Assembly: GCA_951406725.2 (NCBI GenBank)
Contig: OX597834.1
Span: forward strand, 13,268,001 to 13,332,000
Direction: 5' to 3'
Source of the DNA: Octopus vulgaris
Lineage: Eukaryota
Length of the DNA stretch: 64,000 bases
The notes below the pieces were generated by a model. It did no database searches. It was given only the letters and a program-made list of their open reading frames with translations, and was not told the DNA's origin. Shown piece after piece: positions 14,349 to 29,344 of the stretch (position 1 is the first letter of the stretch; each line of letters opens with the position of its first letter). A program made the translations under genes and the position numbers.

Positions 14349-14662
14349 GTGTTTTTGCGCCCTTTTCAAACTTAGCCAGGCTCATGGGCCCCGTTTCCTG
14401 GTTTCTGTGGCGTATGTGTTCCCCCCCAGCTGGACGGAACGCCAGTCCATCGCAGCGTTACCCAACAAACAGGAAGAAAGTGTGCGTGAGAGTTGGGGTG
14501 AAAGAGTACAGCAGGGATCGACCCCCCCCCCATGCCGGAGCCTCGTGGAGCTTTTAGGTGTTTTCGCTCAATAAACACACACAACGCCCGGTCTGGGAAT
14601 CGAAACCGAGATCCTCCGACTGCGAGTCCGCTTCCCTAACCACTGGATCATTGCGCCTCCAC
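14349..14662 (-). mobile_element. Mosaic SINE: family C head and body plus family D tail
   Basis: 14465-14662 matches C; 14349-14460 matches the tail of 9663-9912; TATATTAAGG at 14339-14348 and 14664-14673. Confidence 0.85.
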
Positions 14663-15115
14663 TTATATTAAGGTATTAGTCTCAAAAACATATTACGTGA
14701 AGAGAGTATTTCAATGTACGCCCAAGTGCTTGATATCAAGCGACAACATAATTATTTCATTGATTCTCTTACATTCTGTTTTATAATGGAATACGAAATA
14801 TACCATCGAATAACAAAAATACTTATAAATAACGTGTTTCTTTTGAATATATATTTTTGCTATTAAAAATATGTCAACTGAAGAACGATGATCGATTATT
14901 CACAATGGGAACAAGAAAACGGGATAATGGACTTACTGATAAGAATATATGTTGTAGACGTGACACTAAGTATTCAAGTAGCGCAATGCCAAATTCACTG
15001 TTCTTCCATATTAATACAATTCGAAGTGATCATTGAGACATTTGTGAGAACTTGCAGAGAAATTGCTCTCAAATTAGATATTAACAAGGCAAATAGAATA
15101 CATATAATTACAAAT

Positions 15116-15156
<41 letters not shown>

Positions 15157-15165
15157 GCTATAATA

Positions 15166-15422
15166 TACGGGGTCTGATCAATATGTATCCGGAGTGTTGC
15201 TATAGTAACGAAGCTAAACTACGAGGAGCAAAGCCGCTCGGCAAGGATTGACCTTGAACTCTACTGCTCATTCGCATTAAGTATTAAAGTTCTAGCTCTC
15301 ATCTGCTGTTTAGAGCAGTGCCTGGAAGGAAGGACGGAAGGAAAGTGTGTAATGTGCTGTAGCCTCGTTACTATGTGTGTTTATTTTGTAAAAAGAAAAC
15401 AAAAAAAAAAGACCGTTCCGAT
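15166..15422 (+). mobile_element. Probable mariner-type terminal fragment or MITE
   Basis: Begins TA-CGGGGTCTGATCAATATGTATCCGGA, resembling mariner TIRs; no partner TIR clearly seen. Confidence 0.4.
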
Positions 15423-15427
15423 ATATC

Positions 15428-15471
<44 letters not shown>

Positions 15472-15473
<2 letters not shown>

Positions 15474-15880
15474 AGTGGCTGTGTGGTAAGTAGCTTGCTA
15501 ACCAACCATATTGTTCCGGGTTCAGTCCCACAGCGTGGCATCTTGGGCAAGTGTCTTCTCCTATAGCCCCGGGCCGACCAATGCCTTGTGAGTGGATTTG
15601 GTAGACTGGAACTGAAAGAAGCCTGTCGTATATATGTATATACATATATATGTATGTGTGTGTTTGTGTGTCTGTGTTTGTCCCCCTAGCATTGCTTGAC
15701 AACCGATGCTGGTGTGTTTACGTCCCCGTTACTTAGCGGTTCGGCAAAAAGAGACCGGTAGAATAAGTACTGGGCTTACAAAGAATAAGTCCCGGGGTCG
15801 ATTTGCTCGACTAAAGGCGGTGCTCCAGCATGGCCCCACTCAAATGACTGAAACAAGTAAAAGAGTAAAAGAGTAAAGAG

Positions 15881-15884
<4 letters not shown>
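15472..15884 (+). mobile_element. SINE family B, full length
   Basis: Matches 6765-7178; repeated AAAGAGT tail. Confidence 0.92.
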
Positions 15885-15930
<46 letters not shown>

Positions 15931-15962
15931 TGGAGGCGCTTAGTGGTTAGTTTGTCAGAATA

Positions 15963-16012
<50 letters not shown>

Positions 16013-16303
16013 TGGAGGTGCATGGCTTAGTGACTAGTGTGTGAGAATATATATACATATAAACACACACACACACATGCGGGCGCACGCAGATATACAA
16101 CAGGCATCTTTCAGTTACTAATTAACAAATCCACCCACAGGTCTATATTAAAAGCCGCTTGACCAAACTAATGCACATTGATCAACCTACATACCGCATA
16201 ACTCCGCAAATCATTTCGTATCAATTTTGGAATTCTACACCTCATTCTAGCATGCAATATCATACAATAGCATACACTATCGTATGTAATATCATATAAT
16301 ACC

Positions 16304-16720
16304 TTTTTCTTTACTACCCACAAGGGGCTACACATAGAGGGGACAAACAAGGACAGACAAACTGATTAAGTCGATTACATCGACCCCAGTGCGTAACTGG
16401 TACTTATTTAATCGACCCCGAAAGGATGAAAGGCAAAGTCAAGCTCGGCGGAATTTGAACTAAGAACGTAGCAGCAGAGGAAATACCTATTTCTTTATTA
16501 CCCACGGGGGGCTAAACACAGAGGGGACAAACAAGGAAAGACATAGGTATTAAGTCGATTACATCGACATCAGTGCGTAACTGGTACTTAATTTATCGAC
16601 CCCGAAAGGATGAAAGTCAAAGTCGACCTCGGCGGAATTTGAACTCACAACGTAACGCAGACGAAATACCGCTTTGCATTTCGCCCGGCGTGATAACGTT
16701 ACTACCAGTTCGCCGCCTTA
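16304..16720 (-). mobile_element. SINE family A, dimer with 16-bp TSD
   Basis: Junction at 16487/16488; AATATCATATAATACC at 16288-16303 and 16721-16736. Confidence 0.92.
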
Positions 16721-17189
16721 AATATCATATAATACCATACGGTATCGCATGAAATATCATATAATAACATACACTGTCTTATGCAATATCATATACAATG
16801 TTCTATACAATATCGTGTGCAATATCCTACTTGTATTCGCATCATTTTAGCAGCAAAAATATCTTTATCGAGTTGAAACAAAATAATGATATACGTTATG
16901 TGGTTTTTGATCCTAAAATCTCTCTTAAAATGACGAATAAGAATAACATAATTAAACAATGCCTGTTGGTGTTAAATAAATTAATTTACCTAAATTTTTT
17001 ATGCTCTTTGACATAAACAAGATTAATAGTTAAATTGAAATAATAGCGGTTTTAGTGGATCGGAAATAAATAAATTCTTTGGAGAATATGCAATCCGAAT
17101 ATTTCATTAGAGGCTATATCATTTAAATTACATAATTAAATGAAACTATTTGCATATATGTGTACATAAATATGCATATATATATGTAC

Positions 17190-17239
<50 letters not shown>

Positions 17240-17577
17240 ATACACAACACACATATATTTATATATATATATGTATTATATGTATGTATATATATATATA
17301 TATATATATACATACATAAATACATATACATATATATATATATGTGTGTGTATATACATATATATATATGTGTGTGTGTGTGTCTATGTATATGCATTTA
17401 TATAGATATATCTATCTATCTATAGATATACATGAAGGTAAGAATATTTGTATGAATATATATATATATGTCTATATATATTATATATGAGTGTACGTGT
17501 GTGTATGTACATACGTGTGCATGTATGCATGTATGTATGTATCTATTTGTCTATCCGTTTACCTATCTATTTATATG

Positions 17578-17611
<34 letters not shown>

Positions 17612-17789
17612 AAGGGACACAGATAGTCAGAGAGAGTAAGAAGCAGTGAGAGGCAGGGAGAGAGAGAGAGAGAGAGAGAGACACGTAACTATTTCTCAGG
17701 TGGTAAACTATATATGCACATAAATGTATATATGTATGTATATGATTGTGTATTTGCGAGTGAATACCTAATGGGTAGGAAGATAAATA

Positions 17790-17927
<138 letters not shown>

Positions 17928-18630
17928 GCCAGAGAATAAGAGAATTAAAAATACCTTTTTTATATATTGAGCAATTAAGTTGTAATCTCAGAAATGTAAT
18001 TCGATATGGATTTAGCATTCATTGGTTAAAGATAAACTGAGGCAAACAATTATATTTGTTGTATATTTTGCGTCTTTTTTTGTTAATGAAAATATATATC
18101 AATAGAGGAGAATGTGGGAATATGAAAACGTAATGCGAAATTTTCTAAGTGAATTCAGGTTAACGATAATAAATATATACATTACTTGCTAGAACGGAAA
18201 TATATTATATGAAAATATTTCCTACAACTCGTTTCGGTGTTCATTTTTATGCTGTTTTTAATTCATCGTTTATGAGTTTATGTCTTCATAGAAGGAAATA
18301 CATACTTATAGTAAAATGTATAGATAATATCTAGGAGATTCATATATATATATATATAAAGCGTCGTAATGCGGAAGTAAGCTTGGTGCTGCTAGCATTT
18401 CGACCTCAACATCTGCACATGCGCACCTCCGCGCACACACGGTCCCACCTATACACCTACGAGAACTCCCGCGCGTGTATATATATATATACATATGTGT
18501 GTTTGTGTGTGTGTGTGTTTGTCTATGTGTATAGGTATTTATACATGAGTGTTTATTATATGTGAATGTATATACATAGATATCTATCTACTAATATCTC
18601 TGTCTCTCTCTCTCACTCTCTCTTCCTGTG

Positions 18631-18670
<40 letters not shown>

Positions 18671-18744
18671 AAGTTATCTGCTTTATACACACACACACAC
18701 ACACACACATATACATATATATATATATATAAATACATAAATAA

Positions 18745-18801
<57 letters not shown>

Positions 18802-18837
18802 GTGCATCTATTTTGTGTTGTGTGTATAGCAATAAAT

Positions 18838-19075
18838 AGGCGGCGAGCTGGCAGAAATGTTACCACGCCGGGCGAAATGCTTAGCAGTATTTCGTCTGTC
18901 GCTACGTCCTGAGTTCAAATTCCGCCGAGGTAGACTTTGCCTTTTATCCTTCCAGGGTCGTTTAAATAAGTAAGAGTAACACACTGGGGTCGACATAATC
19001 GACTTAATCCGTTTGTCTGTCCTTGTTTTTCCCCTCTGTGTTTAGCCCCTTTGTGGGCAATAAAGAAATAAGAAA
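18838..19075 (+). mobile_element. SINE family A, monomer
   Basis: Full-length match; AATAAATAG on both flanks. Confidence 0.92.
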
Positions 19076-19367
19076 TTTAAATAAATAGATGCATATACAT
19101 ATGAATAGATATACGTATATACGTATGTCGGATTATACGTGCAGTGGCGTATGTGTCTGGATGTGCGTGCTCCGCAATGCCAAACAATTATAGAAGAAGA
19201 CAAGATTTTGCGTGAATTTTGATACCCGCAATCTAATATTACCAAAATTCGTAGTTCAGAAATAAGTGTATGACTACGAGCAGTAAGGCTAGAAAACGGT
19301 AATGCATATGAAATGAGTTTAAAACGGTTTGATGGGTACTTAATTATGTGTATTGGATGGAATGTGA

Positions 19368-19631
19368 CTTCGGATTCTCTACAGAATAGTCTTAATGGTA
19401 AAAATTGCAATTCCTTGGATGACGTAAATTGATACCTTGATGAATTCTTTGCCGTGAAACTGCCTCAATTCTGGGAAGAGGGTATTTTCAAGTTAAAGGA
19501 AAGATGGAGACGCATTGTGCAACAAAATGGTTCATATTTGGTTGATTAAATATGTATTATGTAATGGTAAGTATTTATTGACCTTTTTCTTTCCTTTAAA
19601 AATCGGCACGAACTTTCCGGACAACCCAATA
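19368..19631 (+). mobile_element. Mariner 3' end, same family as 50320-50878
   Basis: High similarity to 50330-50560; ends in TIR ATCGGCACGAACTTTCCGGACAACCCAATA plus TA. Confidence 0.88.
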
Positions 19632-20116
19632 TAATACTGTTCTCGCTGTATTGCGTGTTCGTGTCTTTTTTTACATCTGTGATTTTATTTTTTATCTTTT
19701 ATATAGATGAAGAATGTTTGGTCACGCATTACTGCACATCTTCCATGAAATCGGAGTTGTCTCTGTGTGTACGCGCATACACACATGCCCGCAGACACGC
19801 ACAAACACATATATATATTTTGTGTCACACGTTCCATAGAGCTAGGTCACCGCCATATATACATCATATATAAATTGTTTACATATGACATAATTTATAT
19901 TCCATTTAACGTTTCTAGAAGAGTTTATGAATTCTAAATTGCAGATTTTGTTAGCGCAGCAGTTCAGCTTAAATAGTAACACACTTTGACCGAAAATTAA
20001 AGCGATGTGAGTTCAAGTCTCATGGCTGGTTGCTGATAAATGTTTGTGCTCTGTAAGGATTTTCTTCTTTATACACTGTTCTATCTTTGCTTACACGTTC
20101 AAAAAATATGAAGCTT

Positions 20117-20148
<32 letters not shown>

Positions 20149-20151
<3 letters not shown>

Positions 20152-20556
20152 TGCAGGAGTGGCTGTGTGATAAGTAGCTTGCTTACCAACCAATTGGCTC
20201 CGGGTTCAGTCCCACTGCATGGCACCTTGGGCAAGTGTCTTCTACTATAGCCTCGGGCCGACCAAAGCATTGTGAGTGGATTTGGTAGACTGAACCTGAA
20301 AGAAGCCCGTTGTATATATGTATATATATATATGCGTGTGTGTTTGTGTGTCTCTGTTTGTACCCATAGCATTGCTTGACAACCGATGCTGGTGTGTTTA
20401 TGTCCCCGTCACTTAGCGGTTCGGCAAAAAGAGACCGACCAATAAGTACTGGGCTTACAAAAGAATAAGTCCCGGAGTCGAGTTGCTCGACTAGAGGCGG
20501 CGCTCCAGCATGGCCGCGGTCGAATGACTGAAACAAGTAAAAGAGAGTAAACGAGT
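20149..20556 (+). mobile_element. SINE family B, full length
   Basis: Full match from AGGTGCAGGAGTGGCTG to the AAGAGAGT tail. Confidence 0.92.
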
Positions 20557-21054
20557 ATATGTATATACAGAGCGGTAACTGGAAAGATATACATGAAAAT
20601 TACGTGATGAGTTAAGAACTGGTTTTCAACAAGGACCAACCCGGCACAATATAGGTGTGCATAATAATATTGTTATCTAACGTAATATCATATAACACAA
20701 GGATAGATGAATGAAAAGAACGTGAGACGAAATGTGTTTTTTCTGACAGAGAATAGTGTTTACGCTTTAGGCAATATCTTCCGAATATAAATGGGTTCTG
20801 AAACCATTTCTTTCTTAATTATGTTCTAACGACGAATATAGACTTCAAAATAATCTCTCTCTGTGTCTGTGTCTGTCCCTATATCTGTTTGTTTTTTTGT
20901 TTTTTTTAAATATTATCTGAAGTGAGATATTCCCCAGTAAATCCATTACGACAAGTTGTCCATTATTGTGGGTCAAATTTTCTATTATATGTGCGAATGT
21001 ATAAGTCTCCCTTTCTGTATTCACCTCTCTCTCGCTCTCTCTCTGTATAATACA

Positions 21055-21490
<436 letters not shown>

Positions 21491-21637
21491 ATACGACAGG
21501 CTTCTTTCAGTTTCCGTCTACCAAATCGGCCCGGGGCTATAGCAGAAGACACTTGCCCAAGATGCCACGCAGTGGGACTGAACCCGGAACTATGTGGTTG
21601 GTTAGCAAGCTACTTACCACACAGCCACTCCTGCGCT
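21491..21637 (-). mobile_element. SINE family B, 5' half
   Basis: Head through GAAAGAAGCCTGTCGTAT, then lost in an expanded (TA)n tract. Confidence 0.88.
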
Positions 21638-22108
21638 TATATATATATATATATATATGAATACACATATTTACACATAGTGATATACACATACACGCAC
21701 ACACTCGCACATGTACGTAGATAAACATATATATGTGTGTGTGTGTGTATGTATAGAGGGAGAGAGGAAAGACGGAGAGTGACGGTACAGGTACTCACTT
21801 AAACATATAAATAATAATAGGTTGGATATAAGCACGTATGTAGGCTTCAAAATATTCCCAAAACCGATTATTTAACGTTTGTTTTTGCAGTAGATATCCC
21901 AAAATTTCGATCATGCCATACGTAAATTGTTCTCACTATGCAACAGATACTACCTCGGAATAAATCATTTCTTTATATCTGCAATATAAATTACGCAGAG
22001 ACTGGAAGTCCACAAAAATTACACGAATTTCAATATCCCTGTATTTTTTGTGTGTTTTTGAGTGTACGCGTGTGTATATCTTCATGTGTTTGTGTGAGAG
22101 TATGTACC

Positions 22109-22143
<35 letters not shown>

Positions 22144-22237
22144 ATGTGTTCATGTTTTTGCGCGTTCGTGTGCGTGTGTGTGTATATATTTACGTCCTTG
22201 TGTTTGTATGTGTTTGCTTTTCTGTGCGCATTTGTGC

Positions 22238-22282
<45 letters not shown>

Positions 22283-22588
22283 TGTGTGTGTGTGTGTGTG
22301 TATATTTACGTCTTTGTGTTTGTATGTGTTTGCTTTTCTCTGCGCATTTGTGCGTGCGTGTGTGTGTGTGTGTGTGTATGTGTGTGAGTGTGTGTGTGTG
22401 TATGTGTGTGTGTGTCTGAGTGTGCGGTGTGCGTGTGTGTACATGTGGGTATACGTTTATGTCCCGAACAGCCACCCAACAAAACCACCAGCCTCCGCAT
22501 CAATCTAGATGAAGAGGTTCACTCACTCTCTACCGATCTATTACCTAGAAACGAGTTGTCGCCACCGCCGATGCTATATGCATATATT

Positions 22589-22634
<46 letters not shown>

Positions 22635-22698
22635 AATTCATATATCTATCCATCTATCTATCAATCTATCTGTCTATCTCTATCTATCTATTTATCTC

Positions 22699-22760
<62 letters not shown>

Positions 22761-22948
22761 AATCTATCTCTCTATATATCTATCTACCTACCTATCTATC
22801 TATCTATCTATCTATCTGTTTATCTATCTGTCTATCTATACACACATACATGTACCTATATTTATTTTGAAGATTTACGTATGAGGATGTTTATATATCT
22901 GTGTGTTTGTGATTATGTGTTTCAGTGAATGTGTATGTGCTTGAGTGA

Positions 22949-23022
<74 letters not shown>

Positions 23023-23497
23023 CAGTCTCTTACGTAAATCTTAGAAAATTTTCCATTAACTATACACATAATTTAGGAGATAAATTTTACATGTATTTCG
23101 CATAAAAGTTAAGGAAGAAATAAAATTGTTGCTGATTTGTCATTTCGTTAAATTCTGACATTTCTCAAAAAACTTTAAACAACCCGAAGTGCTTAACAAT
23201 TATTTAGCATTTCGTAGCTATGTCTCTCTCTGTTGAAGACTACGCCTCAAGACGTGTACAGGTGTACGAGCTTTATATCTTTTAGACTTTCGCATTTATT
23301 TATATGCATTACTGATTATATCGAAAAGTTATGTTCCACTTCGTCATTAAAATCAATATTTAATTGTTAAACTGTCAAATCACATTGCAGGTTTTCCATT
23401 TTCGTTTCCTCTGAAGAGACGTATACAAAATAAGTGTACGCTTTCTCCCCCGTCTTGTTCTCTCTGCCTCTTTTCCTCTGTTTATTGATCTTTACAT

Positions 23498-24112
23498 TTA
23501 TTACCTCCGCCTTAGCGAAGAAGGATGTATTGTTTTTAAAGGCGGCGTGCTGGCAGAAACGTTAGCACGCCGGGCGAAATGCTTTGCAGTATTTCGTCTG
23601 CCGCTACGTTCTGAGTTCAAATTCCGCCAAGGTCAACTTTGCCTTTCATCCTTTCGGGGTCTATAAATTAAGTACCAGTTATGCACTGAGGTCGATGTAA
23701 TCGACTTAATCCCTTTGTCTGTCCTTGTTCGTCCCCTCTCTGTGTAGCCCCTTGTGGGCAGTAAAAAATAATAAGGAAGTATTGTTTTTCAATCGTGTTT
23801 GTTTGTCCGTGTGCAAAATATTTCAAGAACCGTTGAATGGATTGGGATGAAACTTGCAGGAATGTTTGGCCTCGCGACGGGGACGAACTGATTAGATTTG
23901 GAAATCGATCCGGTACAGGAAAAGGATTCTGGATTATTTTTTCAGTGGTTTTTAATTAATTTTTGAGAGCGCTTGCCTTCATTTTTAGTATCCTCGCTTG
24001 TGAGAGCAGTCAAGTTTATTTCAGATATTCTCATTTTTAAAAACCATCTCTGGCTAATCGTTAGGAGGACGTTGATGTTGACTTGGCGGATCTTGGCTTG
24101 CCCAGTGCTCAT
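23498..24112 (+). mobile_element. Non-autonomous Helentron-type (HINE/DINE-1-like) element
   Basis: 5' TTATTACCTCCGCC, GTTT/GTCC microsatellite, GGATTGGGATGAAACTT, and 3' TTGGCGGA...AGTGCTC giving a subterminal inverted repeat. Architecture recalled from HINEs, not database-checked. Confidence 0.6.
23538..23772 (+). mobile_element. SINE family A, monomer nested in Helentron-type element
   Basis: TSD AAGGA(T/A)GTATTGTTTTT at 23521-23537 and 23773-23789. Confidence 0.92.
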
Positions 24113-24356
24113 TATTATCGTCATCATCATCATGATTATCGCATCGTCTTCAGCATCATCGTCATTATCGTCATCATCTTCATCTTCATCAACATCGTCA
24201 TTGTCATCTTCGTCATCATCATCAGCATCATCGTCATCATCGTCATCGTCATCGCCGCCGTCGTCATCATCTTTAACAACATCAAAATCAAGAACATCAA
24301 CAACGCAATAGCTACATCGAATTAGCGCCCAACTACAATAATAACAGCAACAACTA

Positions 24357-24410
24357 TGGCGGTGCCCCAGCATGGCAACAGCTGGCGAGCTGAAACTAGA
24401 TAAAATAATA
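24357..24410 (+). mobile_element. Isolated LINE 3'-tail stub (second copy on minus strand at ~25885-25939)
   Basis: TGGCGGTGCCCCAGCATGGCAACAGCTGGCGAGCTGAAACTAGATAAAA matches the tail at 62185-62225. Confidence 0.7.
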
Positions 24411-24884
24411 AAAAAAACTATGGCAAAGATTGAGAATCGACAGTGATTTCAAAGCAAAAATCCTTAACCAGTGATTATATTCGTTTTTAGTACATATTAC
24501 CATATTAGGGATGCACAAGTTTTTTGACTGCAGAAATTAGAATTTGTGCAGAGAATCAGCAGCATTGAAAACAAATGCCGAATAGCATTCATAGTGCACC
24601 ATGCCATTTGTAAGTCTATTGCAAACAGCAGGGGTTTTGTTTTAATTTTCTGTTGAGAACGCAACGCTATGTTTATCGTTTATCCCGAGGAATAAGCGAC
24701 ATTACGTCACTGTTTTGAATTGAATTCCTTCAAGATGTCAGTAAACTCTTTTGAAATGGTTTCAAAATAAATGCAACTCAGATGAAATACGATAATGGTG
24801 TATACACACACACACATATATATATATATAATTATTTATCGGAGAAGTTTATTCTAATGAAAGTAATATAACATTAAATAATAT

Positions 24885-25037
24885 TGGCTGCGTATTAAGA
24901 AGTTTCTTCCCTAGCCACAGTGTTCCTGGGCCAGTTCCAATGCGTGTCACTCTGGAGACGTGTACTCTACTACATCTGTAGGCTTACGAACGCCCTCTGA
25001 GCAGATTTAGTACAGAGAAACCTAAAGATGCCACCTG
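24885..25037 (+). mobile_element. Old decayed SINE family B 5' half
   Basis: Colinear but diverged match to the B head and core. Confidence 0.5.
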
Positions 25038-25052
25038 ATATATATACATGCT

Positions 25053-25284
25053 GTTTCTTAATTACCCATAAGGGGCTACACACAGAGGGGACAAACAAGG
25101 ACAGACAAACAGATTAAGTCGAGTACATCGACCCCAGTGCGTAACTGGTACTTAATTTATCGACTCCGAAAGGATGAAAGGCAAAATCGACCCGGGTGGA
25201 ACTTGAACTCAGGACGTAACGGCAGACGAAATACGGCTACGCATTTCGCTCGGCATGCTAACAGTTCTGGCAGCTCGCCGCCTT
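25053..25284 (-). mobile_element. SINE family A, monomer
   Basis: Full-length match to other A copies. Confidence 0.9.
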
Positions 25285-25785
25285 CGTGATACACACACAC
25301 ATACACAAACACACACACACACACACACAAAGATATAAAGCTATAACCCCGACGTTTCCGCCTTCCTGGGCATCTTAAAAGTTACTTATGTGCACATGTG
25401 TGTATGCATGTATGTAATAGATAGATACGAAAGCATGTTTGCAGCATCACGTATATAAAACATTCGTATTAACATTAGCATCCCATTGCCACTCCATATT
25501 TGTCGCGTATACAATGCTGTCTCCACTGATCTGATATCAGTAACCATATTTCTTTCACCATATTTTTTTCACACTACAAATCTTTACACACTTCTCATTT
25601 TATCTTATAATTCGCATAAACCCACTACAGGGCACATTATACATCTTTATTGAGATTCTGTTAGGCTATTATTGAACTGGATGTTAGTCTAACATGTATT
25701 TTGCGAAGATGTGTTCGCTAGTTTAGCCAGTACGAAGGTTACAGGCAGACACAACGAAATACAGAAATTGCCCTTTATAGTCAAG

Positions 25786-25819
<34 letters not shown>

Positions 25820-27284
25820 GACATGCATTTTATGTTAGCACGAAACAAATTGTGTCATAAATGGTGTATTTATTTTATTTATTTTTTTATTTTATCTAGT
25901 TTCAGCTCACGCGCTGTGGCCATGCTGGGGCACCGCCATTGTTCAAGCCTTTGCAATGACCTGCAATGTTGTACTTTTTGTTACCCAACACATAATTGAT
26001 AAAAATCACCGATGTCCTACGTGAGATGCTACTCTACGCAGGAAAGAATGTTAGCTATCAATTGAAGATATGATTTGAATTATTGAGCCGTACGATGACC
26101 AGACATTTATCAAGAAATAATCGATCACACAGTCATTGTAAAAAAACAAAAAACAAAAGAAAACAAAAAATGTAATCCTGCCAAATAAAGAATGTCTAAA
26201 TGTCACAAAGATTTAAATACCACAATATCTTTTTCTAGCGTTAGGAATAAACTACCTCTTTAGCAGTTACACACATATTGTGGGTAAAAATGTTGCATAT
26301 GGAACTGAATTTAGACTATACACTAATAATATCTTGGATATTCAAATTTAGATATATATGTTGTTGTAGGTATCTGCGCAAACGAATCTACTTATGGAAA
26401 TAGAATCAAATTCTGCCTCAACGCGTTCGATTCTGTGACGAAGAACAAGACAGTCACAATCGTAAGAGCTTTGATAATGTCTTTACGAATAAACGCTGCT
26501 GCCGAAGCAATAAACATCGACCATACCACTAAGGATGTAAATAAATACGGTTAAAAAACAGAACATTTGTAAATTTGAGAGTATTCGTTGTTATTTGCTT
26601 CAATGCAAACGGATCAAGCTAAACCTTAGAGCAAGAGGAAATAAATAATGACCGGAAATTAGTCAAGGTTTCTTATATATTAAGCAAATGACCGCCTTTA
26701 TAACGATAAGCAACATTAGCATGATTTAACGCTCAATATTTCTAGATAACATTTCTATAATTATCCTAAACTCCCAAGGGGTGAATGAAACGTGTATTTA
26801 TGGCTTCTCTTAAATATTACTCTAATAACTTATGTGAGAGCAAATCATTACATTGGCTCGGAATCTGTTATTGCTGATGTTCATTGAAGTATAATATATA
26901 CATACATTACTGTCACAATTAATGTCTGTTGAATTGATGCTGCAAACAAGTTCTCTGTAGAAACCTGGAAGATGAGGTTTTCGATAAAATTAAAATATCT
27001 TCGATGCTAATTGAGAAATGTAAGGATATTCTACAGGAATGTATGTGTGGCGATGATAACTTGAATATATAGGTGGTTCGGTAATATTGTAGAGTTTAGA
27101 TTACATCTGACGGAAGCTGAAGACAGATACAAAATGTGATTATTTACGGTGTATGGAAGCATAGAAATGCGACTGGGTGAAACATTCCAATAAATGAATT
27201 AACGCTTTTACGTATATCGACTAAGTGTTTTCCCTCTTTTCCATATAATCCATGTGAATGGATATAGACCTATACTGCTATATA

Positions 27285-27354
<70 letters not shown>

Positions 27355-27537
27355 TAGATAGATAGATATATTTGATATATTTATGTATTTATGTATATAT
27401 AGAAATATGTCTAAATATATATATATATGTATATTAAAACATATTTATATATATACATAAATACATAAATATATCAAATATATATATATACATACATGTA
27501 TATATCTGACACACAGGCACAGACACACACACACGCA

Positions 27538-27643
<106 letters not shown>

Positions 27644-28397
27644 TACACATCTGATAAACACTCACACAAACACACACATGTATATTTATACATATACATA
27701 TGTATAAGTATAGATAGATAGACGGACAGATAGATAGATAGATAGATAGATAAAGAGATAGATAGTCTGTTAGAATATTAGCGAGATTTGAACTCAGGAC
27801 GTAAAGACTGACGAAATACCGCTAGACATTTTTGTCGGCGTGCTTAATATTCCGCCACCAAAAATATTTCACATGCAACTTCATTGGAAATTGAACTGAC
27901 GACACAGTTGTGTAGGTTTTTGCGCCAGACGAACGCGCTAGCATATATAAATAATAGTGGCTTCTGTAAAACGGGGGTTGAGTAAACTTGTGATAAAGTA
28001 GACAGTCATTAACAAAGGCGGGGACATAAATCGTCCAGAGCACTCGTTCCTTCAACCACAAATCTTCGTGACCCTGTACATATGGTACAAATCAATGTAT
28101 ATAGCATCAATATTTCTTCAGTGTTTTTGATCATGCTTTAACTCACTAAATTATAGTCAGGCCAATACATCAATTAATTGTAAGATTGTAATGAAGTTAT
28201 ACCGGTCAACTAATTATTACTCTCTGATCTCTCACTAAGATTACATTCTAAATATAATTATCCATTATGATGACGACTATCTGTTCGCAGTGCAATCTTT
28301 TCGACTGGAATTATCTTGATAGATTCACACAAAGTAGTGGTGTGTTTAAAAACAATAACTACCATCTCTCTCTCTATATATATATACATACACATAC

Positions 28398-28449
<52 letters not shown>

Positions 28450-28854
28450 TACACATATATACACACATATATACATATATATATACACATACATATATAT
28501 ATACACACATATATATATATATATATATAAAGAAAGTCAACTTTAGATTACGTAAAATTTTTTACTGTTTGCCTTGTGTCCTCTCCACCTCAATCGATCT
28601 CTTCTTCAGATGTTTTAGTTGATCAGGTGTACACAAGTACATACTTCATATTATTCTATCATTTTGTTCGACCAACCGTTCAGTCACGAATGTCTTAACA
28701 AGTTCGAAACATATAGCAAGTACTGAAAGTGAACACATGCAACGTCGCACCAGGCGCTCTCAGGCCCGCAGGAATAAATGTCGGGCTTTCAACCCAAATC
28801 TCTTGTACACGTGTTTTCACGAAAGGTTATATTCGGTTACAGATCATGAAACAT

Positions 28855-29238
28855 GGAAGCACTCCTTCGGTTACGACGACGAGGGTTCCGGTTGATCCGA
28901 ATCAACGGAACAGCCTGCTCGTGAAATTAACGTGTAAGTGGATGAGCACTCCACAGACACGTGTACCCTTAACGTAGTTCTCGGGGATATTCAGCGTGAC
29001 ACAGAGAGTGACAAGGCCGGCCCTTTGAAATACAGGTACAACAGAAACAGTAAGTAAGAGTGAGAGAAAGTTGTGGTGAAAGAGTACAGCAGGGATCACC
29101 ACCATCCCCTGCCGGAGCCTCGTGGAGCTTTTTAGGTGTTTTCGCTCAATAAACACTCACGACGCCCGGTCTGGGAATCGAAACCGTGATCCTACGACCG
29201 CGAGTCCGCTGCCCTAACCACTGGGCCATTGCGCCTCC
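28855..29238 (-). mobile_element. SINE family C
   Basis: Full match; TCATGAAA(C/T)AT on both flanks. Confidence 0.93.
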
Positions 29239-29344
29239 TCATGAAATATATCACTTACCGAATTGAAGAGTTATCTGTAAATTAATTTCGTAATCTAAGC
29301 AGCACGGCCAATTCTCAAGTCATAGAAAACAGATTCGTATATCT

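Noticed and set aside
22180-22385. ~118-bp tandem duplication in the TG-rich tract
   Set aside because: Ordinary slippage or unequal crossover within a compound microsatellite.
23942-24373. Asp-rich or Ser-rich ORFs
   Set aside because: Derived from a (CAT/CGT)n tract between mobile-element fragments.
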